Below, piece by piece: positions 1 through 12,945 of a DNA stretch of 64,000 nucleotides. Every line of letters starts with the position of its first letter. Within the stretch, counting starts at the first letter, position 1. The stretch lies in assembly GCF_009834535.1 (NCBI RefSeq), contig NC_045697.1, positions 61,320,001-61,384,000 on the forward strand, given 5' to 3'. Under the pieces are notes generated by a model. That model searched no databases and had not been told where the DNA came from. It saw only the letters and a list, made by a program, of their open reading frames with translations. Position numbers and translations under genes: made by a program. Origin of the DNA: Camelus ferus (Eukaryota).

Positions 1-90
1 GTTCAGCTGAAAGAGAACGGTGGTTTAGATCAACGGTAGCAGAGGAAGTATGGATTCTGGATTTTTTTTAATACAGAACTAGGAATTTCT
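1..90 (-). mobile_element. LINE-2 fragment
   Basis: Resembles the reverse-strand L2 segment (ggtggtttagat...ggtagcagaggaag...gattctggat...agaactaggaattt); highly decayed. Confidence 0.5.
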
Positions 91-104
91 ACCACATTGG
101 CCAT

Positions 105-528
105 GGCATTTTTCCTCTCCAGTATTTTTGCTATAAGCTTCCTTGCCATTAAACATCTTTCCTGTATAAGTAATTTTGGATTAGGCAATTTTGCCATGAA
201 AGATAAAATAACTGCTTGACAGTTTTTCTTTTGACAGTTTGGTTTCAACTGGTTGAAATGTATTAGCATTTATGGAGCAAACAGATGATCTACCCCAAGA
301 GCTGGTTTCTTATTTTGAAACACAAATGTTTTGTATTTCACAATAAAGTGTTTTTAATTTTGTTATTCATTTCTTATTATTCATTATGTCCTTTTTTAAT
401 GCCCTTTTATTTTTTGTTATTTTATCTTTTACGGCAAAATTGCCATATGGGCAATTACTTAAGTGGCAAAAATGCTTGCGGCAAAGATATCTATAGCAAA
501 GATTCTTACAGGGGAAGTATCTAAAACT
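105..528. mobile_element. Palindromic non-autonomous DNA transposon (MITE-like; family uncertain)
   Basis: 184-212 is the reverse complement of 416-444 at 27/29 nt; arms extend to about 110 bp with about 15-bp GGCAAA-initiated subrepeats; AT-rich spacer. Confidence 0.7.
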
Positions 529-969
529 GGAGTTTTTTAATATCCCACTAAGATCTTCCCTACTCCCACACAACCTCAAATTCCCCCACTGAAACTCTTA
601 TGTTCTCAGTACATCTAATTTAAATTAGCAAGAAAGAGAAAACTATTGGATCACTGATAGTTGCCTTTTAACTCGTTCAGGGGCTCTTGTGGTAAAAAAG
701 AAAACAAAATGAATATTAATTTGACTGATTTGAAATTCACAGGCTCTTGTGAAGTGCATTAAAATGAAGAATAGCGTGATAATGTTGGGAGCATATTAAA
801 ATGGAAGGGAGTAAAAGAGTCATTTGTATGAAAAAGTCAATTAAAAGAACAAGTTTATAGGTCAGTTATATATGCCCCTATAATGCTATGTCATCACTAA
901 ATTTACAAGGCCTAACAAGATATATTAAAGAAGAGGTTAAATAAATGAGTAGGCTTTAAAGGTTGGTGG

Positions 970-1175
970 CCTGTCTTCTAATTCTGACTCTGCAATTGCC
1001 TAGCTTTGTGACTTTAGCAAAATGACCAACCTCTTCATGTCTCATTTTTCTCATCTAGAGAACTGTCGTGATGATGGTAATACCACTTACCTCATTGAGC
1101 TGTTGTGAGCAATGACTTTACAAATTACACTTATAATAGTGCTCAGCAAATAATAAGTATTCATTGAATATGAAT
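970..1175 (+). mobile_element. MIR SINE
   Basis: MIR core: ctgactctgc...tagctttgtgactttagcaa...aacctcttcatgtctcatttttctcatct...acctcattgagctgttgtgag. Confidence 0.8.
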
Positions 1176-2845
1176 AAGTAATCATTAAATAAATTAAAAA
1201 TATATGTATGTATATACACACACACACATATATGCTTAAGCTTCATTCCAACTTTAGATAGTATTTCCCATATACAAAATATCTTTACTAACATGGTGAT
1301 TTATATTAACAATCTGTAATGTATTTTTTGGATGCTAACAAACAACTTAAAGGAAGTTTAATCTCTAAAAATCCAAGAAGAAATTTAATAGTGCTACTAT
1401 GATAATATTTGATGGAAGAAAAATCATTCAAAATTCTTATCAGAAATAAAGCAATATATATAGACCAAAAACGTAAATACTGTATTTGTTCTTTTCCAGC
1501 ACTGGGTTAAATTCTACTAATATAAATTTGAATCAGGAGCATAACACTAACACAAACAGTGTGGTACTAAGATTTGAAATAGACTTTTGTACTATTTGAA
1601 GACAACAACTTCATCTCCTCTTGGGGGAAAAAAAAAGCCAGAATTCCCCAGAGCACGACCATGACTATGAAATCAGAGTGAAATGTATTGAAGGCCGTTT
1701 TCTTGATCGTTTGAACGTCATTTTAAACATGTCTGTGTAAAAACATTCTGAATTGCTTTGCAGTAGAGAATCAGTATTTTGGTGATTTGCAGTTTAATAC
1801 TGATAAACAACTTTCACAGTAAGGAGTACTGGTTTCTCTGTCATAATTAGCTCTAAATATAGAAGTGCTCTAATTTAATGGTCTAGATTAAAGGGATTCT
1901 TTTTAAATCCTTGGAAGCAGACTCTGCCTTCTATTTATTCAGAGACCACCCCCATATTTCCACAATGTTCATGATCGAAGAGTTGTGCCAATTATTTGCA
2001 CCTGTATATCATTTGCACCTGCATCGCTGGTAACTTCAGGAAAGGTGGCTTCAGCGGGAACCAGTTATAATAATTCTGGTGATTTAGGTACAGAGAATAA
2101 CACTACTGCTGGAATATCTTCATTGTCTTTTGAAAATTTTGTTGACATTTTTACCCCTGAAAAGTGTTCACTGTGGTTGCAGAAGTGTACCAGGCCGATT
2201 GTTTTATAGTATAAGAGATTTATTCTATTTCAAAGGTGTTCATCAAATCATTGTCTTTGGCAACCGAAAATATGTCATGCAGGATTGCACTCTGTTATCA
2301 AATGACATTAGTCAAAGATCTGAGGTTACTCTGAGGTGAGGAAACAAATTGAAATTGGGAGTGTTGAGCATGGCACATAGAATGATGCTCTACTCTGGAC
2401 TAGTAATAAATCTACTGGGGACACTGTTAGTCTTTCACAATAGTAAAGAGTTTTGTTGGCTTTAAAACACAAGTCAGAGAAGTTCAGATTTTAATGTATT
2501 TGGTAATTTGGGGGAAAGAAAAAAGGAGATAAAGAAATGGAAACATAGATATTCCCTTCAAATTCTATATTTTTAAGAATATTTCATATTATGAGAACTA
2601 TGCACTATATATTTCATAAATGACAAATTTAAGAGATCTAAAGTTATTACAGTTATTATGGCAGATCCAAATAACAATTATATTTACAGTGGTTATAATA
2701 CTTTTTCACCCATTACATTTAAAATATACACATATGGTAGGAAATTGTAACTAAGAATGATATGGGTTTTTTGGGTTTTATTATATCAATATTTTCTATT
2801 AACTAGTCAATGAATTAAAAACCACACAAAAATTAAAGTTGCTTA

Positions 2846-4045
2846 GCAAATGGAAAGATATACCATATTTTTGAATTGGAAGAATTAATGCTGTTAAAAA
2901 GAACTTACTGTCCAAGGCAATCTACAGATGCAATGCAACCCTTACCAAAATACCAATGGCATTTTTCACAGAACTAGAACAAATAATTTTAAAATTTGTA
3001 TGGAAACACAAAAGAGCCCAAATAGCCAAAAGGTCTTGAGAAAGAAGAACAGAGCTGGAGGAGTCATGCTCCCTGTCTTTAGACTGTAGTTCAAAGACAC
3101 AGTAATCAAAACAGTATGATACTGGCTTAAAAAAAAAATCAATGGAACAGAATAGACAATAACCCCAGAAATAATCCCATGTATTTGTGGTCAGTTAAAT
3201 TACAAAAAAGGAGACAAGAATACACAATGGAGAAAAGACAGTGTTCTCAATAAGTGGTGCTGGGAAAACTGGACAGCTACATGTAAACAAAATTAGAACA
3301 GTCTTTAACACTATATACAAAAATAAAGTCAAATGGGTTAAAGACCTAAATGTAAGACTGGAAACCATAAAACTCCTAGAGGAAATCACAGGTATACTAC
3401 TTTCTGACTTAAACTGTAGCCATTTGTTTTTTGGATCTATCTCCTAAAGCAAAGGAAATAAAAGCAAAAATAAACAAATAGGGCCTAGTTAAACTTAAAA
3501 GTTTTTGCACAGCAATGGAAACCACTGACAAAACAAAAAGATGACCCACTGAATACGAGAACATATTTGTTAATGATATGATCCATAAGTGGTTAATATT
3601 CAAAATATTTAAGTAGCTCATACAACTCAAAATAAAAAAAATAAACAATTCAATTTTAAAAAAGGGCAAAAGACCTGCATAAACTTTTTTCCCAAAGAGG
3701 AAATGCAGATGACTAACAGACAGATGAAAAGGTACTCAAAATCACTAATCATCATGGAAATGCAAATCAAAACCACAATGAGGTTATCACCTCATACCTC
3801 TCAGAATGGCTATCATCAAAAAGAACATAAATAACAAATGTGGGCAAGGATGTGGAGAAAAGAGAACTCTTTTACACTGTTGGTGGAAATGTAAATTGGT
3901 GCAGACACTGTGGAAAATAATATGGAGGTTTCTCAAAAAACTAAAAATAGAACTACCATATGACACAACAATTCCACTCCTGGGTATAGATCTGAAAAAA
4001 ACAAAAACCCTAACCTGAAAAGATGCACCCCAATGTTCATAGCAC
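2846..4045 (+). mobile_element. LINE-1 ORF2 3' fragment (5'- and 3'-truncated)
   Basis: ORF track gives L1 ORF2-like peptides ([53 protein letters not shown]); frameshifts and stops; ends at caatgttcatagcac next to (CA)n. Confidence 0.95.
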
Positions 4046-4069
4046 AAACACACACACACACTCACACAC
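4044..4069. repeat. (CA)n microsatellite, interrupted
   Basis: acaaacacacacacacactcacacaca. Confidence 0.85.
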
Positions 4070-4654
4070 AGATTAATTTCAAATTGTAAAAACATCTAGG
4101 AGTTGGAACTTGAATCTACATGCAATGGAAGTCATTGAGTGATACTAAGCAACTGAGTATCCCGTATTAAGTTTTTAAAAAATCACTCAGGTTTTTTATG
4201 TTTATATTAAATTCTCTGATTACTCTAGCCTATTTTTATCCACTATATTTAATATTAACGCTGCTCTTACTTTGTATTTTCTATCTTCCTTTTTCTATCT
4301 CTACTTCTATCACAGTATCTGTATTTCAATAATTTGCCTATGTCTAGGACAACGGATTTATGGAGGCATTTAATAATCTTTAGATATCAGGCATATCACA
4401 TTTTCTAGGGATGACTTTACCGACAGTATCCCCAGAGTGGTCTGACCAATAAGAAAGAACCAGTTGAAACGAATTGGTAATGTGAAAAAGCCTGAAAATG
4501 AGCCTGGGACTTTGGATTTCAAAATAAGGAAAAGGCTGGGAGATAGAGCACAGTGAGAAAGAGGTCTTACATGCTAAGTAAGCACACTTCAAACTTAAAA
4601 GAAAATAACAGTAATAAGCATGACTGATTATATAACCTTTTTTATCCTACAAAG

Positions 4655-4810
4655 AGCTTACGCATTAACTCATTTTACCCTGGCAACCACTTTATGAGAT
4701 ATTTTATCTCTATTTTAAAATCAAGGAAGGAAAGCAAAAAGGGGGCTAAGTGACTGCCTTGGATCACAAACTTGTAAATGACAGAGCAAGGTCTTGAACC
4801 TAGGTCACCC
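4655..4810 (-). mobile_element. MIR SINE
   Basis: caaccactttatgagat...ctctattttaaaa...gctaagtgactgccttggatcacaaacttgtaaatgacagagc..ttgaacctaggtc. Confidence 0.8.
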
Positions 4811-5709
4811 GGTAACAGCTCCAGGACTATTTCCATCACTCCCCATAGTGTTCCACAGCCAAGCCCTGGAAAATTAAATGTCTCAGATGGATGGGAGTTC
4901 TTAAGGAGCAATCTCAATGAGGGGTTGAAGGGAACTTTATCAGAATCACTTGTGAGTTTTTTTTTTTTTTTTTAACCATACACACACACAATCAACAAGA
5001 TGCTATATACACAGACTCTGCTATACCTAATTTGGGGTATTGTCATAGTGAGCTATTGATATTGATGGGAATGATCATCAAGGGGTATAAGGATGTTTAA
5101 CAGAAACAGCTGAGAATCAATGATCCAATAATTCCATTCTGAAAAATAATCTTGAGTAATTTTTACCTGAAAGTAAGAAGAACTATAATAAAAATTAACA
5201 AAAGTGCCAAGGCGATCACTCAGTAAATCAGTATGGAATAAGCTTGTACAGAAGATGAACAAAAGTTATATCAAAGCATAAAAAGAACATTTGTTTATCT
5301 GAGATTTTGTGAATCTGAGAGAAGAATGTCAGGAAGTTTTAGATTCAGAATACGTTGAGACACAAAGTGAAAAAGCAACAAAAGACATGTTTATCAGTCA
5401 AAGAAATGAAACTCTATTTTTATTATAAAATAAAACATATTCATAGCAAAGAAATATATAAAAGAAATTTAAAATTACCAAGAACCTCATAACCTAGAGA
5501 TAAGCACTACTAAATTTATAGATTATTTTCTTATCACATATGTACACTTTGTTTTAACTATTTTTATTGTTTTCCAGAAAGGGTAAATATATTTATATAG
5601 TCACCATATATATTAAAACTTTTGTTAAAAATAATAATTTACCCTGTTGATTTTCTCTGCAAAGACATGCTAGTAAGTGCTTTATATGCATTACCTTATT
5701 TAATTCTTT

Positions 5710-5847
5710 TTTAAAATTAAAGTATAATTGACATTTAACATATAACACCATGTAAGTTTAAGAGGTACAATATGTTGATTTGATGTGTTTATGTATTACA
5801 GTATGATTTAACATTAGCTAACACCTCTATCAAGTCACATAATTATC
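5710..5847 (-). mobile_element. LINE-1 3' end (L1MA9-like), 5'-truncated, with TSD
   Basis: tataattgaca...atgtaagtttaag..gtacaatatgttgatttgat...ttagctaacacctctatca.gtcacataattatc; flanked by ATTTAATTCTTT at 5698-5709 and 5848-5859. Confidence 0.85.
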
Positions 5848-6399
5848 ATTTAATTCTTTAAAGTGACTTTTTAGTGCCCCTTTCCTATTTTAGAATAACA
5901 GTGCTTATTAAAACTATTTGAACTCTTTTTAGTTTAACAATATGACCCTTTCTCTGGCATACCCAAAGAAGATTTAATGCTAATTTTAAAGAAAAGTAAA
6001 TAGAAGAGTTTTGCACACGGTTAGTATTTAGGGAGGAGTGAAAAGCAGCAGATAAGAAAGAAGGTTTATTCTGTGAATCTTCAGGAAAATTACTGAATTT
6101 TGTTTATGTAAAAATATTTTACAAGCTATAACTTAATATAAAATTATCAAGCAACTGTTACTACTATTATAATTTTTAGTGACTAAGATATTAATGTCAG
6201 ATTTCAGTTTATTAAAAGAAAAAATTTCAGGGAGTCCGGATGAACCCATTCCTGTCACTGGAAGTGCCCAGAGACGTCTCAAAATGTAATAAGCACTTAT
6301 GTGTGTGTTTACATATATGTGTATGAGGTGGGGGTGGTGCTTACACCCATCCTGTTGGTTTGTCTAGTCATCCAATTAACTTTTACACTTTCTTTGAAG

Positions 6400-7250
6400 T
6401 CTACTATACATAAGATCTTGTGATAGATACTAGGTGGAAAACATTGATAATAAATATCACTTTGTAGTCTAGTAGGGGTGATAAAATATACAAACACAAA
6501 ATGTAATATTAAGTATGAACACAATTTAGGATGGGGTAATGTTTCTTTTAGATAGCACAATCAAGTAAGTTTCCATGAATGAATTACAATTAGAACTATT
6601 GCTGGACAGAAAAGTTTAAGACATGTTGGTAGAAAAGGTAGTAGTAGTATAGATGGAAAGATGGTGAAAAAATTATATAATTTACAACAAGCAAAAATAA
6701 ATACAGTAAGCTACGTTTCAGAAGCAGCCACGGGAAGAGAACAGGAGATAGAACCTTAATGTAAGTTTGGTAAAGAATAGCATGTTTCAACTTAAGAAGT
6801 TTGAGGAGTGAATATTATACCACAAGAGGCTGATACATTGTATTATTTGAGATGCTTACTCTTAAAAGAATAAAAAGGAGAGAATATTGGGAAAAGAATT
6901 TGAATCAGGAAGGCCCAAGAAAGCTTATGCAAGGAAGAGATAATTCGTGTTTGGTATCTCTGGAAATAGAGCCAATGAGATGTGAGAGTGATTGCATGCA
7001 TAGAATTTAGAACTGAATGAGTGGTATGTAGAATAAGAAATGATGATGCTGAGAATCTAAGCATGTTGGTGCTATTAACAAAAACATAAAATTAAAAAGA
7101 AGAGCAACTTGAGTGGGGGATATATTTAGTTTGATTTGGTACTTGTATAACCCAGATGTCAGCTGAAGTAGCCTGTCCTTAGCTATTTCAATCAAAATGG
7201 CAAGAATATCTAACTATATGCATCAAGAGTTTTGGAAAAGAAGTAGTGAG
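6400..7250 (-). mobile_element. LINE-2 fragments
   Basis: Purine-rich decayed L2-like segments (tggaaatagagccaatgaga...gatgatgctgagaatctaagc..gttggtgctattaac). Confidence 0.55.
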
Positions 7251-7705
7251 GGATGTGGGCAACTTTACCAATTGTGCTTAGTTCTGTGTTTCAACTTCTG
7301 AGAAATAATTCACTTTACAGAAAACATTTCCATCTTATGCATGCTGATTATTCCTTACCATGTGGATATAATCATAAAATTTAATCCCCTGCATATTAAA
7401 ATGTCTAATATATTATCAACTATTAAAAAATACGAAAGAAAACTTCTAAACTTACGTGAACACAATGCTTCAATAAAAGAATTATTTAATTACAAGTGGG
7501 CTAACCTTATAATTAAGCATTGTTATTTTTGAATTCGTAGCTCATTCAGACATAAACTACAGTTAGACAATTTCACAAATTCTTAAAGTTTTTCTCAACC
7601 AACGTAAGGGGGGGATATCTATTTCTATCTAGGCCCTAAGTTAATTAATGATTTACTTTGATTGACAGTGATGAGCATTAATTATCACATTTTGTTTTAC
7701 TTGGG

Positions 7706-8289
7706 TGTGGTGGGCAGTCTCTAAGATGGCCCACAAGGATACTTACTTCCTAGTATTCACATCCTCTTATAATATCCTCCCCTTTAGTGTAGGCTGGACA
7801 TAGAGTCACGTTTCTAACACATAAAATGCAGGAAAAATTTATATTATGTCACTTCTGAAATTAGCTTATAAAAAGACTGAATTCTATATGATTGTTCTCT
7901 CTTGCTCTGAGGAAAGTCAACTGCCATGGTGTGCTCCACCCTGTGGAGAAGCCACTAAGCAAGAAGCTAAAGGAAGTGTCTGACCAACAACCAGTGAGGA
8001 ACTGACATTTTTAGTCTAAGAGCCCATGAGAAAGTTTTTTTTTTTTTTTAATTATTTGAGTGAGCTTGGAAGTGAATCTTCTTTCATTTGAGTCTTCAGA
8101 AGAGATCACAACCCCAGGTGACAGGCTTGACTGCATCCAGCTGGGTGGATTAATTGCACCTAGCGGGACAAGGCACCTAGCTAAGGCAAGCCTGACTGCT
8201 GACCCACAGAGAATGTGGGCCATTAAATATTTCTTGTTTGAGCTGCTAGATTTTGGGATAACGTGTTCAACAGCAATAGATAACTAACA
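7706..8289 (+). mobile_element. MaLR solo LTR (MLT1F-like)
   Basis: Starts tgtggtgggcagtctctaagatggcc; ends ttttgggataacgtgttcaacagcaatagataactaaca, the typical MLT1 terminus. Confidence 0.9.
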
Positions 8290-9404
8290 CGTTAGGAGAA
8301 ATTTAGAGGTGCATTTCTATTCCGTAAAATACCTCATATACCAAGCATATTAATGTGATCCTGGCATTGAGCAAAATAAAGGCATGAGCTTATCTCCTAC
8401 TTTCATTGTATCTATTTTTTGTAATTTATATAAATTATCTCTTGGGACTGGAACTAGTCAAGCCTTGCTGTATTATATCAGCTAGTGATGGTTTATCAAG
8501 AATTTTTCTCCTAGACATCTTATCCTGCTTCATAAGATTGTCTAAGGATTTCTGGGCACAAACATTTTTCTGAAGATCTGGAGAGGTAAAGCACATTTAC
8601 ACTGTAGAAGTGTGAACAACATAGACACAAACACTATTCATTCTGTTTTTTAAAAGTACTGGGGTGTCTCTGCTGGTTCAGATTTTAGAGTCCTACCATG
8701 TTACTTCAGCTTCTTCCTATGTTGTCCCTCTCTGCTCATTTTTATTTTTTACCCACCCCCAAATTATTCTTCATTTCTTCTTAGAGCCAATTTGTTTTGA
8801 TGACTTGTTTCTGGCAAATTTAAGTCATCATTTTCTTGTTCTCCACCCACAGGTTTCTCATAAATGTATATTGCCAAACAAGGAAATTTTCTTCTAGATG
8901 ACTAATTCTAGTGACAAGTTGTTAAGATAATATTTGTTTTTTGCCCTGGTAATTGGATTTGAGGAGTCGGCTAACAAATTAATTATCAGCTTATGCTTTA
9001 GAAAAGATTGGTGATATGGGATAAAGTCATTCTCTAGAAAGAAGCCATCTTCAAGACAGGCTAATTGTTTTAGTTTAGCAGTGGCAAAAGGAGATCTACC
9101 GAAGGAATAAAAAAGGCCCCCAAATCAAACTTGTTTTAGGACATTCTGACTATAATCAATTAGGTTCTTTTTTCACCCCAGTTTGACACTGAAAATAAGC
9201 TTCATAAAAACTATTTAGAATGGCATCTCACAGTACATACAGTACCTCTCAGAGTTGGTAAAATCACTTCCAAATTGACATTGTAAATTTTATTGCAAAT
9301 GAGGTAGGAAGAAATCTTTTGAGTCTATGTGAACCAGAGGGATGATCCCAGGCAAATGTATTTTGTAAAATAATGTAATAAAAATATCTTTTACAAGAAA
9401 TAAC

Positions 9405-12400
9405 AGAGTGGCCTTTCAGCCAAGATGGAATAACAGACCAGACCAGAGTTTCTTCTCCTTCCTAAAACAATCTAGAACTGGGAAAAATACATAAAACAAT
9501 AGCTTGTGAGACACTGTACATCAGACAACAAAGGGCAGTGGTCACTGAGACCAGGAAACAAACAAGGGGACCCCTGTGATTGTTCCAGATTACTTCCTTG
9601 AAAGGGCATCCAGCCAAGGTACAGGCAGAGAGAACCCAGGTAAAGCCCAGTAGATTCCCTGTGCTGAAGTAAAAGAGATGAAAAGCTGGGGAGACCAAGG
9701 CAACTAGACTTTGCAGGACAGAGTACCGGAAAGAGGAAACTTGCACAGAGAGAAAATTCCAGAAATCTGCACAGAAGTACTCGAGTATTTCTCTGAGTAC
9801 TAATCATTGCTGGGGTTGGGAGAAGAACCACCTGGAAGGGTTGGTGTTAAGCATGTTCAGTGTTCACATAAGGCCAGGGATAGTGCCTTTTCTTACCAGC
9901 CAAAATGATTAACCTAACCTCATGGTTCATGAGACATTGAACTGAGTAAAGAAAATAGCTTTTTACTGGTATTACAGAATAAATAACCCTATACTAGGCA
10001 TTGCTCTGGCCCCACCTAATAAATGTTAATAGAAGACCTGAATAGCTCAAACTACTTCCAAGTAGCTTCACTCTGTCCTAGGAATATGCTTAAGAAAACA
10101 AAATACAAAAGCATTTAATACCTCAAAATTTAAAATCCACAACGGCTTGAATCCAATAAATTACAAATATTAGGAATAAGAGAAATGATTTTAATACATA
10201 TTCTCTGGATACTGAAAAGCTAATATAACAATGTTATGAACAAATTTACAACAAAAAACCTGACAACATAGATGAGATGTATCAATTCACTGAGACATGA
10301 ACTACCGAGGTTTGCTCAAGAAAGACGGATAACCCAACTAGTCTTTCATCTATTGAAAACACTGAATGTGTAGATAGAAACTGTCCAATAGAGAAAACTC
10401 CAGGCCAGATAGTTTTCACTAGTGAATTCTGTCAAGCAAGAATTTAGAGAAAAACACAATACCAATACTACACAATCTATTCCAGAAAATCTAAAGCAAA
10501 GAATACTTCTAAATTCATTCCATAAAGCCAGAATTACTGATACCGAATTAGAGATAAAATAAGAGAAAACTACAGATCAATCTCTTATGAACATAGATGC
10601 AAGAAAACAAACAAAAACATCATGACCAATTGGGATTTATCCTAGAAATGAAAGATTAACACTTGAAAATCAATTCACATATTTTGCCACAATATAAAAC
10701 TAAAAAAAGTAAAAAGCTAAAGATTTATCAATAGACATGGGAAAAAATTTAATAAATTCTAACATCCCTTCTTGATTAAAGAAAATCTTAGTAAACTAGA
10801 AAGGAGATTTATTTACCCTAGACTTATTTCTCCTAGAAAGGAAGAATATTGAATGCTTTCTTCTAGCAGTCAGGAACAAGAAAAAGATATCTTCTATCAA
10901 CACTTCTATTCAACATTTTATAGGAAGTTTTAAATAGTATACTAAGGCAATATAAGTAATAAAGTAAATAATAATAACAAAAGGCATCCAGATAGAAAAT
11001 GAAGTAAAAATGTCTTTATTCACAGACAGCATGATTTTATATGTAGAAAATCCAAAGAAAACTTTTAAAAAGGGCTACTGGAACTGATAAGTGAATTTAT
11101 CAAAGTTGTAGCTTTTATATACTAGCAACAAGCAATTGGAAATTCAAATTTAAACAACTATACCAGTTACAATAGCATGAAAATATTACATATTAATGGA
11201 TAAATATGATATAATATGCCAAAATGCTCAACACTGAAAGCTAAAAAAAATTTGCTAAGATAATTTAAAGGACACCTAAAGAAATAGGAAGATACACTTG
11301 GTTTGTAATGGAAAGACTCAATATCTTTATGACGCCAATTATCCCTAAATCTATCTTTAGATTCATAATCAAAATCCCATCAAGGTTTTGAAGAAATTGA
11401 CAAATTAATTTTAAAAATTTGTATGAAAATGCAAAGGTTTAGAACAGCCAAAACAATTTTGAAAAGAACAAAGTTGGAACAAAGTTGGAAAAGAGCAAAG
11501 AACAAAATTAATACTACCTGACTTTAATATTTATAATAAAGCAACAGTAATCAAGGCAGTGTAGTATTATTGTAAGAATGGACAAATCAGTTACGTGAAA
11601 AGAAGAGGAGTCCAGGAATAGACCACACATATATGGATTACTTGTTTTCAACAAAGCTACAAAGGTAATGTGGTGGAGAAAAGATAGTGTTGTCACCAAA
11701 TGATTTTGGAACAACTGGATATCCACATGCAAAAATAAATCTTTATACACAAAGGACATTAAAATCCATTCAAATGAACCTGTCCTAAATATAAAATATA
11801 AAACTACAAAAATTTAAAAGAAAACTTAGGAGAAAAATTTTATTACCTGGGTTAGCAAAGGAGTTTTTAGGTATAACTCAAGAGACACAACTCATAAAAG
11901 AACAAACCGACGGAGTGGACTTCATTAAAATTAAAAACTTCTGTTAAAAGATACTGTTAGATAAGGGAAAGAAAAGCCACAGATTAGGATATTATATATT
12001 AATACAATATTAAAGACTTGTATCTAGAATTTATAAAGAATTCTCAAAACTCAATAACAGCATATCAAACCACCCAAAATAAAAATAACAGATTTGAACA
12101 GACACTTTACCAATGAAGATATATGGATGGCAAGTAAGAAAGCTCATGAAGAGATGCTTATTATCATTAGTCATGAAGGAAATGCAAATTAATAAGGGAA
12201 TACTACTAAACATCTGTCTTACAATGGCTAAAATTAAAAAGTCCATTCATACCAATTGTTGGCAAGGATATAGAGCAACTGAAACTTTCATACCCTCCTG
12301 GTAGGAGTATAAAATGATACAACCACTTTAGAAAACAGTTTGGCAATATATTTAAAAGTTAAACAGACACATATCATATGATTCCCTCCTTATACTGCTA

Positions 12401-12945
12401 GGTATTTAGCAATAGAAAGGCAAGTAGAGGGCCTAGCAAACACTTTAAAACAAGTGTTCATAACAGTTTTATTTGTGATATTCACAAACTGGAAAGAATC
12501 CAGATGTCTATTAACAGGTGAATAGATCAATTTTGGTACATCCTACAATAGAATACTTCTCAGCAATTAAAAAAGGATGAACTCTTCATGCACACTAAAA
12601 CATGGGTGAATCTCAAAATGATTATGCTGAGTAAAAAGGCAGACTAAAGAAGTGCTATGATTCTACTTATATAAAATTTATAGAAAATTCTAAAATGTGC
12701 AAATTAATATATAATAACAGAAAGGAGATTAGAGATTGCTTCTGGACAAAGGTATCGAGAGTAAGAGTGGAGAGGGTAATAGCATGGCATTAAAAATGGG
12801 AACAAGGAAACTTGGGGTAATAAATGATGTTCATTTTCTTCACTGTGGTGATAGTTTCATGTTTGTATACATTTGTCAAAATTCATCAAATTGTACATTT
12901 TGACTGTGTTGTTTATTGTATGTCAATTATAATTTGATAAAACTT
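9405..12945 (+). mobile_element. Old LINE-1 (L1MC/MD/ME group) with 5' UTR, internal deletion of ORF1 and EN, decayed ORF2 and 3' UTR
   Basis: 9405-10165 resembles an L1MC/MD 5' UTR (caagatggaataacag...); from about 10165 ORF2-like sequence (atgaacatagatgcaa, cttctattcaacat, gaaagactcaatat); 3' UTR ends tttattgtatgtcaattata..tgataaa. Confidence 0.9.

Noticed and set aside
9462..9831. Overlapping 94- and 119-aa minus-strand ORFs
   Set aside because: Antisense to a decayed L1 5' UTR; no evidence for an ORF0-like product in this old family
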